Positions 28,075 to 37,951 of a stretch of 64,000 bases of DNA are shown in pieces. A program made the translations under genes and the position numbers. The notes beneath the pieces were generated by a model. That model saw nothing but the letters and a program-made list of their open reading frames with translations, had not been told where the DNA came from and ran no database searches. Source of the stretch: an uncultured Candidatus Saccharibacteria bacterium (lineage in GTDB: Bacteria > Patescibacteriota > Minisyncoccia > Phycocordibacterales > CAIZLB01); the NCBI GenBank assembly GCA_964627085.1, contig CAZVIP010000004.1:14751-78750 (forward strand), in the 5' to 3' direction. Every line of letters starts with the position of its first letter. Positions within the stretch are counted from its first letter, which is position 1.

Positions 28075-30678
28075 CTATGCACCGTGGCATTTCTTGTATT
28101 TTTTACCACTTCCACAAGGGCATGTGTCATTTCTGCCCACCTTATCAAGACCGCTGACTACTGTTTTTGTCATACCAACTCCAACTTTTTGATCATCACC
28201 AGCTGTGTCAAGAGCACCAAAAGCAGAGTCACTTCCTGCAACCGGGTTATTCAAGACAAGTTTTGGACCTGAGATTTCAGTTAGCTGATTCTCCATTTTT
28301 GTACCTGTCTCAACACCAAGCATAGCGAGTACGTGACCAACCTGTGCACTGATAGCAAATTCCATTTCTTTGTATAGTCTGTGACCTTCGCGTTTGTATT
28401 CGACGAGTGGATCTCTTTGTCCATATGCGCGCAAGTTTACACTTCCACGGAGGTGATCCATGGTTTCGAGGTGTTCAATCCAAAAAGTGTCTATGGTCTG
28501 GAGCATGACAGTTCGCAAGACGTTCAAGAATGCATCAGGCACCTCGGTGAATTCAAGTCTCTTTGCTTTTACTTTTTCTGCAATATCAGCAAATGATGTT
28601 TCAAGAAAAGTGATTAGCTTGTCATAAAATCCTTCGAGGTCTGCTTTCTCGCCAATAAGTACCGCACGTCTATCTCTATAGACCTTGAGTCGCTGTTGAT
28701 TGAGTACATTATCGAATTCAAATACATGTTTTCGAGAATCGAAATACCAGCCTTCTATTTTTGTTTGAGCAGTTTCAAGACTTCGAGAAACTATACTTGT
28801 CTCGATTGGCATATCATCTGGGATCTTGAGTCTGTCCATCATTCTTTTCACAAAATCATTTCCTGCGAAGTTTCGCATAAGATAATCCTCAAGAGAAACA
28901 TAGAACTGTGTCTCGCCAGGATCACCTTGTCGTCCTGATCGCCCTCGAAGCTGGTTATCAATTCTTCTTGCCTCATGTCTTTCTGTACCAAGTACAAATA
29001 AACCACCGAGTGATTTAATTTCGTCATAAGATTCTTTTGTTCCAGGTGTACCACCGAGTTTGATATCAACTCCACGACCCGCCATGTTTGTAGCGATTGT
29101 CACCGCCCCTCTCTTGCCTGCCTGTGCAATTGTCTCACCTTCACGCTCAGCAAATTCTGGCTTTGCATTGAGAAGCTGATGTGGAACTTTTGCTTTTGTA
29201 AGAAGCGCACTGAGCTCCTGACTCTTTTCGATTGATACTGTACCTACAAGAACTGGTTGTCCTTTTTCATGTAATTCTTTGATACGTGCAACAGCTGCTG
29301 TGAATTTGCCTTCTTCTGTTTTGAAAATGAGATCAGCACGATCGAGTCTAGCCACTGGTCTGTGGGTTGGTACGACAATTACCTCAACATCGTATACTTT
29401 CAAAAACTCTTCTTTACTTGTCATACCAGTTCCTGTCATTCCACCAAGCTTTGGATAAAGCTTAAAATAGTTCTGGAATGTGATAGATGCTTGTGTGCGA
29501 GATTCTTGCTGAATAGCCACACCTTCTTTTGCCTCAATAGCTTGATGTAAACCTTCTGACCATCTATGCCCCGCCTTGATACGACCGGTTGCAGGATCGA
29601 CAATCATGACTGCATCCTCTTTTACAATATAATCAATTTCATTTTTATATACCGCCTTGGCTCGAATAGCATTCTCGAGGTGATGCACAAATTTGATTCC
29701 ACCTTCTGAGTAAATATTTGAAATACCCAATTCCTTTTCAGCAAGATCGATACCAGCTTCTGTTACTGCAATACTTCGGAATTTTTCATTCGATGTATAG
29801 TGCGTACCTTCCTCCATAGTGCGTACGATTTTGGCAAAAGTGACATACAAATCTTCAGAGTCGCCAGATGCAGCAGAAATGATAAGCGGTGTTCGCGCTT
29901 CATCAATCAAAATAGAGTCAACTTCATCGACAACAGCAAAGTTAAAAGGTCTCTGTCTAACCTGCGATACATTGTGCTCAAGGTTATCACGTAGATAATC
30001 AAAACCGAATTCTGTGTTTGTTCCGTATGTGATGTCGGCTTTGTAAGCTTCTGGTCTACTTACAGGTCTCAAGAATTCATACTGAACCTTAAATGAACCT
30101 GTTTCATCTTCTTTTTTGTCTGCTTCTTCTATTTCTGCAGGACTAATATGTGAAGGATCATATATAAAGGAAGCATCAGAGTTAATGACAGCGGTTGAAA
30201 GTCCAAGGATATTGTAAATCTGACCCATCCATACTGCGTCTCGTCTTGAGAGATAATCGTTTACAGTCACAACATGCACACCTTTTCCAGAAAGTGCATT
30301 GAGGTATGAAGCGAGAGTTGCCATCAAAGTTTTACCTTCACCGGTTTTCATCTCAGCGATTGCACCACTATTGATGACCATACCTCCGATAAGCTGAACA
30401 TCGTAATGTCTCTGTCCAAGCGTTCGGCTTGATGCTTCTCGTACAAGTGCAAAAGCCTCAGGTACTAGTTCATCTAGACCCTTATTTGATGCCTCGAGGT
30501 CTCTAGCACTCTGTCTTAGGGCGTTACTACGAAGACGCAGTCCTGCATTGTCCAAAGACTTAATTTCTTGCTCAAGTTCATTTACCCGGGCTACTGCCTT
30601 TTTATATGATGAAACGACCCTTGCTGACCTCGATGGAAAAATAGTATGTAATATGCTCATAGGGTTATACTTTAGCAC
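28075..30678 (-). CDS. secA: Preprotein translocase ATPase SecA
   Basis: DEAD-like motor (GEGKT Walker A, DEVD), preprotein cross-linking and helical scaffold domains, and the C-terminal zinc motif CPCGSGKKYKKCHG. Confidence 0.95.
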   Translation of the reverse strand: MLKYNPMSILHTIFPSRSARVVSSYKKAVARVNELEQEIKSLDNAGLRLRSNALRQSARDLEASNKGLDELVPEAFALVREASSRTLGQRHYDVQLIGGMVINSGAIAEMKTGEGKTLMATLASYLNALSGKGVHVVTVNDYLSRRDAVWMGQIYNILGLSTAVINSDASFIYDPSHISPAEIEEADKKEDETGSFKVQYEFLRPVSRPEAYKADITYGTNTEFGFDYLRDNLEHNVSQVRQRPFNFAVVDEVDSILIDEARTPLIISAASGDSEDLYVTFAKIVRTMEEGTHYTSNEKFRSIAVTEAGIDLAEKELGISNIYSEGGIKFVHHLENAIRAKAVYKNEIDYIVKEDAVMIVDPATGRIKAGHRWSEGLHQAIEAKEGVAIQQESRTQASITFQNYFKLYPKLGGMTGTGMTSKEEFLKVYDVEVIVVPTHRPVARLDRADLIFKTEEGKFTAAVARIKELHEKGQPVLVGTVSIEKSQELSALLTKAKVPHQLLNAKPEFAEREGETIAQAGKRGAVTIATNMAGRGVDIKLGGTPGTKESYDEIKSLGGLFVLGTERHEARRIDNQLRGRSGRQGDPGETQFYVSLEDYLMRNFAGNDFVKRMMDRLKIPDDMPIETSIVSRSLETAQTKIEGWYFDSRKHVFEFDNVLNQQRLKVYRDRRAVLIGEKADLEGFYDKLITFLETSFADIAEKVKAKRLEFTEVPDAFLNVLRTVMLQTIDTFWIEHLETMDHLRGSVNLRAYGQRDPLVEYKREGHRLYKEMEFAISAQVGHVLAMLGVETGTKMENQLTEISGPKLVLNNPVAGSDSAFGALDTAGDDQKVGVGMTKTVVSGLDKVGRNDTCPCGSGKKYKKCHGA

Positions 30679-30759
30679 TTTTTGAGAAAAGAAAAACCCC
30701 CAGTGGTGTGGGAGTTTTTCTCGAATCTAGGATTCAAAGTTAAATTATTTCGTGAGAAA

Positions 30760-30873
30760 TTATTTTCGCTTTGCGGCCTTCTTCTTTGGTGCTGCTTTTT
30801 TAGTAGCCTTCTTTACTGTTTTCTTAACAGCCTTCTTTGCTACTTTTTTTGCAACTTTCTTTTTTGCTGCCAT
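30760..30873 (-). CDS. Unannotated 37-aa Lys/Ala-rich basic protein (MAAKKKVAKKVAKKAVKKTVKKATKKAAPKKKAAKRK)
   Basis: A clean ATG...TAA ORF on the same strand as its neighbours. The annotated 66-aa plus-strand ORF is its Cys/Phe/Leu-rich antisense artefact. It resembles histone-H1-like / Hc1-like basic proteins. Confidence 0.4.
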   Translation of the reverse strand: MAAKKKVAKKVAKKAVKKTVKKATKKAAPKKKAAKRK

Positions 30874-31178
30874 GTGAGTTAATTGAAAGAGCTCTTACTT
30901 ATTAAATTTACACGTGCCGACGATGCATATGTAAATGTAATTTAATTATTATCTACTACGCACTTACACACAATGTTTTTTTGAGAATATTGTGGATAAC
31001 TACCAATAGTTAAAATCATTTTGTTTTTCAATTTACTTTTTACTTAACATGTTAAGTATTCGCTCTTTTCGTCTCTCTTTTTTCACAAAAATTATTTTTT
31101 TGAATATTTTTTGTATTTTTATTCACACTTTTCGCGCATTGTATTCACATTTTTTTTCAAAAACAAATTTGAAAAAAA

Positions 31179-33542
31179 TTATTTTGTCTGTGCCTTTATC
31201 TGCGCTTTGATTTGTTCAATGGCAGCATTAATATTTTTCTCATACTGTGGAGCAATCTTTTTGATACCTTCCAAAGTACTTATAGCCTCAGACGCATTGC
31301 CGTTTCTCATATAGATAGAAGCGAGAGCTGATTGCAAATCAAGATTTATTGGTTCAACCTGTATCTGCTTTTTAATCAGATTAATTAATCTATTCGCCTG
31401 ATTTGTTCGAGCATATGCATCGATAACATAAGGATTGATTGCAAAGACAGAGAAATTCTCAAGAGCAATTTTTTCCGCATCGAAGTAGCGACCATTTTGT
31501 ACGAGTGCAGCGGCAAACATATATTTTGCATCCACATTCGCTTCATCAAGTGTGTATGCCTTTTCCATTTGTGCGAGAGCTTTTGGATTATCCCCTGTTT
31601 GTAGGAGCAATGATCCGTAGAATGTGAGGAATGATTGTTTATTTGGAGAAAGAGATACAACCCTCTCCGCTGCAAGCACCGCATCATTTATGAGACCAAC
31701 CTTCTGCAAATATATTGCATAGAAAAATGCAGGTCTTGGATCTTGAGGTGTACGGTTAAACACTTTTGCATACTGCTCGGTTATATACTTATGTGCAGAT
31801 TCTTTGTATTCATTTGTGACGTTTGCCGCTGACATAAGTTCTGCGCCTCTGTCTGCTAATTGCTCAACCTGTTCTGAGTTCGTCATCGTATTGTATGCAA
31901 TCGAAGCCTGTAGATGTTCGAACTTTGATTTTGCAGTTGTAGCTACAACTTTCTTTGTTTTTGGATCAAGGGTTGCCGGTCTTAGCGATTCGATAAGTTC
32001 ACCATTTGCAAGAATCGGCTTAATGTTGAAAGTGAATATTGTATAGGAGAAAAGAGCCAGGACAATCATGACACCCGCCATGAACAAACCTTCATTCATA
32101 TCACTATATGCAGCATCTTTGACATGTGCAGGCTTTGATTCATGTTTTGAATCGTGCTTTACAACAGTCTTTGCTGCTCCGATACGCGTCCCTTGCACAC
32201 CATACTGATGTACAAAAGCGAGGAATGAAAAGAACATGACATAACTCGACAAGTTATCGAATACAAACAAGTTGTGACCCATATATGCGATGAGTGCACC
32301 AGTCAATATCGCTCTCTCACCGCTACTTAGAATAAATATTTTATCCGCATGTTCGTCCTCTCTCTTTTTCCAAATAACAAATAAAGCAGATCCAAAGAGT
32401 GAAAGATATGCGAAGAATCCAAGGAATCCTGCCTGTGTGAGCCAGTCCATAAATACATTGTGTGCACGATCAAACCACTGTTCCTGTCCATACATCGCAG
32501 GATCATATTGCTCCGCAAATACATAATGGAAGTTATCCAAACCCCATCCCATTGCAGGTTTTTCTTTTACACCCTGCCATGCCATACCCCAAAGTAAATT
32601 TCTCGACTTACCCTGCTCAGCCAAAACTTTTTTGAGATCGAAAGTAACAAGCTCTGCAAATCTTGAGAGCATGTCTGACTTTTTCACGAACTCTGTATTT
32701 TTTCCCATACCGAGAGCGACAACAAAAAGAATTGAAATTGTTGTGATAACAATACCAATATTTCTGAGCATAATATTTTTCCTCTCAGTAAATGCAATGA
32801 GGAGTGAGCCAACGAAAAGACCAGCAACAAGCCCAATAAACGAACCTCTTGTTCCCGTATTGAAGAGTACGACAAGGTTAAATATACCGATCAAAGAATA
32901 GAAACCGAGACTCACCCATAGCCCTTCATTAAAAACAGTTTTGATTGTTTTGTTTCCAACTGTTCTGATGATAAAGAATAGCGCGATGAAAACATGAATC
33001 ATTGCATATACACCAAGATAACTAGAGTTACCTAAATTACCGAAGATACGATACCCTACTCTGTTTGGATCTGAATAGAAATCGACAAAAGCATCAATGC
33101 CAACAAATACAGACAAAACCATTGAGACATTAAAAAACCATTTCCACCAACCTTCTTTGATTTTCATTACAGAACCTGCAATCAAAAAATATGCAGCTAA
33201 GTGTATAAAGAGTATGAGCCCTTCCATTCGCTCATAGTTACTCCAAAAACTTTTGAGCGGATCGACAGCGAACACTGTTGCAAGTGTCAGCGCACCAAGA
33301 AAAACAGAAACAGTTATTGCAACTGGGGTCAGTCTTGGTCTGACACTTTTGTCCACCATTGCCCATACTATATATAGGAGTGCAGCAATCTCAACCAAAA
33401 TCCTAAAATAAAACGCTTTTCCTGTGATAAATGGGAAAAACATCTTGTCGACTATTACAAACGGAGTAATAGTAGCTAAAATAATAATAAGTGGCACAAT
33501 TTGCCCTAATACTTTTGAAATGCTTTTTGATAATTCTTTCAT
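31179..33542 (-). CDS. O-antigen-ligase-family (Wzy_C/PglL/WaaL-like) polytopic membrane protein with a C-terminal TPR-repeat domain
   Basis: About 12 transmembrane helices, a large periplasmic loop typical of the O-antigen ligase family, and C-terminal TPR-like repeats. Confidence 0.6.
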   Translation of the reverse strand: MKELSKSISKVLGQIVPLIIILATITPFVIVDKMFFPFITGKAFYFRILVEIAALLYIVWAMVDKSVRPRLTPVAITVSVFLGALTLATVFAVDPLKSFWSNYERMEGLILFIHLAAYFLIAGSVMKIKEGWWKWFFNVSMVLSVFVGIDAFVDFYSDPNRVGYRIFGNLGNSSYLGVYAMIHVFIALFFIIRTVGNKTIKTVFNEGLWVSLGFYSLIGIFNLVVLFNTGTRGSFIGLVAGLFVGSLLIAFTERKNIMLRNIGIVITTISILFVVALGMGKNTEFVKKSDMLSRFAELVTFDLKKVLAEQGKSRNLLWGMAWQGVKEKPAMGWGLDNFHYVFAEQYDPAMYGQEQWFDRAHNVFMDWLTQAGFLGFFAYLSLFGSALFVIWKKREDEHADKIFILSSGERAILTGALIAYMGHNLFVFDNLSSYVMFFSFLAFVHQYGVQGTRIGAAKTVVKHDSKHESKPAHVKDAAYSDMNEGLFMAGVMIVLALFSYTIFTFNIKPILANGELIESLRPATLDPKTKKVVATTAKSKFEHLQASIAYNTMTNSEQVEQLADRGAELMSAANVTNEYKESAHKYITEQYAKVFNRTPQDPRPAFFYAIYLQKVGLINDAVLAAERVVSLSPNKQSFLTFYGSLLLQTGDNPKALAQMEKAYTLDEANVDAKYMFAAALVQNGRYFDAEKIALENFSVFAINPYVIDAYARTNQANRLINLIKKQIQVEPINLDLQSALASIYMRNGNASEAISTLEGIKKIAPQYEKNINAAIEQIKAQIKAQTK

Positions 33543-33703
33543 ATAGCAAGAAGTATAGCGTTTTTTTGCCCGGTTGGCATTAGGTGAGAAACACGAACAA
33601 AACCCTTGATAATTTAAGGGTTGCTATATTTTGAAATTGAAAAATCGGCCCACCTACACTGTGGTAGGCGGGCCGATGATGATTTAAACACCAATGAAAG
33701 TGA

Positions 33704-34489
33704 TCAAGACTGCTGTTGCAAAGCAGCTTCAATCTCTTCAATGGTTCGCATGACGGCATCGTATGGGCTGGGGGCCTGTAGAATCGGCCGTCCGACTACA
33801 ATACGCGTGGCACCAAGTTCGATGGCTATTTTAGGCGCTGTGCTGTTGCCAGCATTGTCATCCCCAGGAACAATTGCCCATGCCGGCCGGATCGCTGGAG
33901 TATTGATTGTCATCTTTTCTCCTAGCGATTTCCGGAGCATCTTTGCCTCCATAGGCGAAGCAACAACACCGTCAAGACCTGCGCTAAGTGCAATTTCAGC
34001 AAGATTACCAACCACTGCATTGCGAGTGAGTTCACCATGGACAGCTTCGATGTCTTCAGCGCTCAGACTTGTGAGGGCTGTGACACCGAGGACTTCAGTA
34101 TCTGGCAATGCTTTCTTGAGGGCGATGAGTGCACCTTCACCTGCAGAGCACATAACTGTTAGGAGTTCCGGTTTGAATTCTTGAAGAATCGCACCGTCGG
34201 TTCCCAGAGTATTGCCAATGTCGCATAGTTTGAGATCGGCAAATACACCTAGGCCACAGGATTTGATTTCATTGATAAGGCCATAGCCACAGAGTCGCAG
34301 AGCGGAGTTTACCTTTAGGTAGACCCCGGTTCCATTGAGGTTCTCAGCAAGTGTGAGGACTTGCCTTCTCACCCATTCGCTTGGCTTAGGAGCTGATAAT
34401 TTTGTCATCCAATCATCCAACACAGAATGCGTTGGCTTGAAATCAGCGGCGACGATTAATCGTTTCGCCGATGTTAATTGCATTTTCAT
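33704..34489 (-). CDS. pyrF: Orotidine 5'-phosphate decarboxylase
   Basis: LIVAAD, the LKVN lysine, the DLKLCDIGNT (DxKxxDIxxT) signature, and C-terminal VGRPI. Confidence 0.7.
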   Translation of the reverse strand: MKMQLTSAKRLIVAADFKPTHSVLDDWMTKLSAPKPSEWVRRQVLTLAENLNGTGVYLKVNSALRLCGYGLINEIKSCGLGVFADLKLCDIGNTLGTDGAILQEFKPELLTVMCSAGEGALIALKKALPDTEVLGVTALTSLSAEDIEAVHGELTRNAVVGNLAEIALSAGLDGVVASPMEAKMLRKSLGEKMTINTPAIRPAWAIVPGDDNAGNSTAPKIAIELGATRIVVGRPILQAPSPYDAVMRTIEEIEAALQQQS

Positions 34490-34520
34490 TTATTTTTTTC
34501 CTTTCTTTTGATTTTATGAA

Positions 34521-35255
34521 TTACTGTTGCATGGCAGCCATAAGTCGCTCCCAATTCTTTTTGACTTCGAATTCGATTCCATTAGTAGCAATATCAGCCA
34601 CAACAGCTGGATCATCTTGCTTGTATTCTGGATACGCATTACGAATTGAGGCAACCACAGGCAAGCCTTTGTAATCAGTGTCGTAAACAGGAGAACGATT
34701 GAGCGCTCCGACAAGGAGCACAATATTCGCACCAGTGGCAGAGATCTCAGAAAGAGTGTGGTCTGTATTTTGGAAATTGTTGAACACATCTTCCGCAACA
34801 GCAACACGCTCACCACGATCGAAACCAAACTGTGAGAGATCCCAAGTGTATTCTTGTTTCTTTCCCTCCACTTTTAGTTTAGGTTTCTTGTCTGCATACG
34901 TGAACCTTTTACCTGCAACATATGCAAGCACCTGACCGAATGTCCGACCACCATGCGGGATTCCGCAGATAGTATCGAACGTATCAATCAGACCTTGCTC
35001 CCGGAGCTTCTCAAGTGCCACTTCAGCAAAGCAGTGAACCACCTTCGGATGAGTCTCGATTAGCCGGAAGTTGAAGTAAATTTCCCCAACAAGATTCCGG
35101 TCAAGATCATCTTTTCCTGCGTATGCAACCAAGGGCCCCTTGCGTTTAGTGCCATCTTTTGGGCAGATATAGACCGCGCCACAGCGCCTCCCAAGTTCCA
35201 AGAGATCTTCTCCTGGTAATGGTGTGATGAATGTCATAACGTTTTTTCCTTTCAA
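34521..35255 (-). CDS. Phosphoribosyltransferase-fold protein, possibly a divergent orotate phosphoribosyltransferase
   Basis: CGIPHGG and a PRPP-loop-like RVAVAEDVFNN. It sits next to pyrF. The motifs are atypical. Confidence 0.35.
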   Translation of the reverse strand: MKGKNVMTFITPLPGEDLLELGRRCGAVYICPKDGTKRKGPLVAYAGKDDLDRNLVGEIYFNFRLIETHPKVVHCFAEVALEKLREQGLIDTFDTICGIPHGGRTFGQVLAYVAGKRFTYADKKPKLKVEGKKQEYTWDLSQFGFDRGERVAVAEDVFNNFQNTDHTLSEISATGANIVLLVGALNRSPVYDTDYKGLPVVASIRNAYPEYKQDDPAVVADIATNGIEFEVKKNWERLMAAMQQ

Positions 35256-35348
35256 TGTTCGATTTTACGCTTAACCCGCGTTGAGGGCGTGTCGATGAAT
35301 TCGACTCCGTCAAAAACAGTACATTAATAATATGAATTCGTAAAGTGT

Positions 35349-35358
35349 GGTGTACACC
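35349..35358. promoter_or_regulatory. Perfect 10-bp palindrome (GGTGTACACC) in the divergent intergenic region
   Basis: Self-complementary 10-mer followed by T8. It lies between two divergently transcribed genes. Confidence 0.2.
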
Positions 35359-35558
35359 TTTTTTTTGCAGCCTGCAATCTTGTTGTCGTCACCACTTTGA
35401 CCAATTCAAATTTAAAGCCAGATACCTCCCCACAAATTGCATACCACAGTCAATTGCACACCTATATACAATACATATATAATAGTATGCATAAGGGCGG
35501 GTTTTATTACTTATCATATATAAAAGACGCTTCTTTTAATTTCTAAAAAAATAAACTT

Positions 35559-36536
35559 ATGCAAAAAACAGCACTTGTATGTGGAGCAGGAGGATTTATC
35601 GGTAGCCACCTTGTCAAAAGACTCCTAGAGGAAGGCTACTGGGTACGAGGCGTCGATCTCAAAAATCCAGATTTCGGAGCGAGTGTTGCGCATGAATTTA
35701 TTATTGGTGACCTCCGAGAACAGTCAGTTTGCAAACAAATTCTCGATAGACCTTTTGATGAAGTCTATCAGCTCGCAGCGGACATGGGTGGAGCCGGATA
35801 TATTTTCACAGGCGCGCATGATGCTGATGTAATGCATAACTCTGCAACAATTAACCTCAATATTGCACATTACGGACAAATAGCTGGTATCAAAAAGATT
35901 TTCTACTCATCTTCTGCTTGTATGTACCCTGCTTATAATCAAGAAGATCCAGAAAATCCAAACTGCGCAGAATCATCTGCATACCCTGCTGCACCAGACA
36001 GTGAATATGGTTGGGAAAAACTTTTCAGTGAAAGACTCTATCTTTCATTCAATAGAAACTACGGTCTCAATGTGAGAATCGCACGTTTCCACAATATCTT
36101 TGGACCAGAAGGTACTTGGGACGGTGGAAAGGAAAAGGCACCTGCAGCTATCTGTAGAAAAGTAGCCATGACCCCTGACGGTGGTGAAATTGAAATTTGG
36201 GGAGACGGCAAACAAACTCGATCATTCCTATATATAGACGAATGTCTCGAAGGTGTACGCCGACTCATGAATCAAGATGAATTCTTGGGACCAGTAAACA
36301 TTGGCTCTGATGAAATGGTCACAATCAATCAGCTCGCAGAAATGGCAATGGAAATTGCTGGTAAAAAAATTACACTCAAGCATATTGATGGACCACTTGG
36401 AGTTCGTGGACGAAACTCTGACAACACACTCATAAAAGAAAAACTCGGATGGGCACCAAACCTCGCACTCAAAGAAGGCCTTTCACGCACATATACTTGG
36501 ATTGCAGAACAAGTTGAAAAAAGAAAAACTGCCTAA
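35559..36536 (+). CDS. NAD-dependent sugar-nucleotide epimerase/dehydratase (extended short-chain dehydrogenase family)
   Basis: GAGGFIGSHL Rossmann motif and the YxxxK catalytic dyad region. Confidence 0.75.
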   Translation: MQKTALVCGAGGFIGSHLVKRLLEEGYWVRGVDLKNPDFGASVAHEFIIGDLREQSVCKQILDRPFDEVYQLAADMGGAGYIFTGAHDADVMHNSATINLNIAHYGQIAGIKKIFYSSSACMYPAYNQEDPENPNCAESSAYPAAPDSEYGWEKLFSERLYLSFNRNYGLNVRIARFHNIFGPEGTWDGGKEKAPAAICRKVAMTPDGGEIEIWGDGKQTRSFLYIDECLEGVRRLMNQDEFLGPVNIGSDEMVTINQLAEMAMEIAGKKITLKHIDGPLGVRGRNSDNTLIKEKLGWAPNLALKEGLSRTYTWIAEQVEKRKTA

Positions 36537-36607
36537 ACCAAAATACAGTTCGGTTTCAAACATGGCTCTGGCCAAACACCGACACAAAGAAATTAGCCAC
36601 CATTCAC

Positions 36608-37939
36608 ATGTCAGTCTCATTTATCAAGAAAACTCTTAAGCGTGAAGGTGTGCGTACATATGCAACCAATATCTCTTGGTTGTTTTTTGCGAAAATATTT
36701 ACAACGGCTATTTCTTTTTTTGTGACGGCATATGTCATTCGCTACCTTGGACCAGTACAGTATGGAACACTAACATTCTCGCTCAGTATGGCGGCGGTGT
36801 TTAGCTTTATCACAGATTTAGGGCTTGAGAAAATAGTCTCGCGCGAATTCATCCTCAAAAAAACATCCGACTCCAAACTACTCGGGACCAGTATTATCCT
36901 CAAATTCATCGGTGCAATTATTGCAATGCTTGTCTCATCACTTGTTGCAATACTCTATATTAAGGACCCGACAATCAAGCTATATATTATCTTTGCCAAT
37001 ATCTCACTGGTCTTACAACCGTATTCGATTATCAACTCTTACTTCCAAGCAAAGTCAAAATCAAAATTCCCATCGATACTGAGTATTGGAGCAATTGTTA
37101 TTTTGTCACTTTCAAAAGTTGCACTTATCCGAAGCGGTGCATCACTTGAATCATTCATCTACATCACTATATGTGAACCACTTATATATGCGCTTGGATA
37201 TCTATATATATACAGACGTTACGATGAAGGCTCACATGTACGTTGGAGTTTTGATAGAAAACTAGCAAGTGAATTACTTCGTGAATCATGGCCACTTATA
37301 TTTGCTTCTGCATTTAGCATTATCTTTATTCGTATCGACCAACTCATCATTCAGTATTTGCTTGGACCAAGAGAGGTTGGACTTTATGATGCTGGTGTAC
37401 GCGTAGCAGAGGGTTGGTATTTCTTGCCAAGTATTGTGACCACTGCGCTCTTCCCTGCCATCATCAATTCAATGAAGCAAGGCAAGGATATCTTTGAGAG
37501 GAGGATTACACATATATATAGACTGATGTACGGCATGTCACTTGCTATTATTGTCCCGATTGTTTTCTTGGCACCTTGGATTGTTCAAATCCTTTATGGA
37601 AAAGAGTACACAGAAACAACCTCTATCATACAGATATATTCTTGGGCCGGTCTTTTCATTTCGGTTGGTATTGTTATCCAGCAACATTTGATTGCAGTGA
37701 ATAAATCAAAATACTTACTCGCGACAACATGTGTTGGTGCGGTCTCGAATATTCTTCTCAATATCTTATTCATTCCTCACTATGGGATTATTGGTGCGGC
37801 GTATGCTACTCTTTTCTCATATTTACTTGTACCAATGTCACTACTTGTCCCAAAAAATACACGCAGCGAGGCATTATTTATCCTTAAATCATTTATGTTT
37901 TGGGGCAAAAGAGATAAACAATCAGCAAACTCAATTTAA
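36608..37939 (+). CDS. Wzx-like oligosaccharide flippase (polysaccharide-biosynthesis family)
   Basis: About 12-14 transmembrane helices, ~440 aa, placed at the start of the glycosyltransferase operon. Confidence 0.6.
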   Translation: MSVSFIKKTLKREGVRTYATNISWLFFAKIFTTAISFFVTAYVIRYLGPVQYGTLTFSLSMAAVFSFITDLGLEKIVSREFILKKTSDSKLLGTSIILKFIGAIIAMLVSSLVAILYIKDPTIKLYIIFANISLVLQPYSIINSYFQAKSKSKFPSILSIGAIVILSLSKVALIRSGASLESFIYITICEPLIYALGYLYIYRRYDEGSHVRWSFDRKLASELLRESWPLIFASAFSIIFIRIDQLIIQYLLGPREVGLYDAGVRVAEGWYFLPSIVTTALFPAIINSMKQGKDIFERRITHIYRLMYGMSLAIIVPIVFLAPWIVQILYGKEYTETTSIIQIYSWAGLFISVGIVIQQHLIAVNKSKYLLATTCVGAVSNILLNILFIPHYGIIGAAYATLFSYLLVPMSLLVPKNTRSEALFILKSFMFWGKRDKQSANSI

Positions 37940-37951
37940 AGTTTTAAAGTT

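Noticed and set aside
30682-30882. The 66-aa plus-strand ORF listed in the ORF track
   Set aside because: Its Cys/Phe/Leu-rich composition (MRKEKPPVVWEFF...CCFFSSLLYCF) is the typical antisense shadow of an AAG/AAA-rich coding strand. The minus-strand Lys/Ala-rich ORF is preferred.
35256-35558. A 300-bp divergent intergenic region, considered as a possible riboswitch or small RNA (for example a pyrimidine-related leader upstream of pyrE-like and pyrF)
   Set aside because: It is AT-rich with no recognisable conserved riboswitch core. Only a 10-bp palindrome and repeated gaattcg words were seen. It is retained only as a low-confidence operator candidate.
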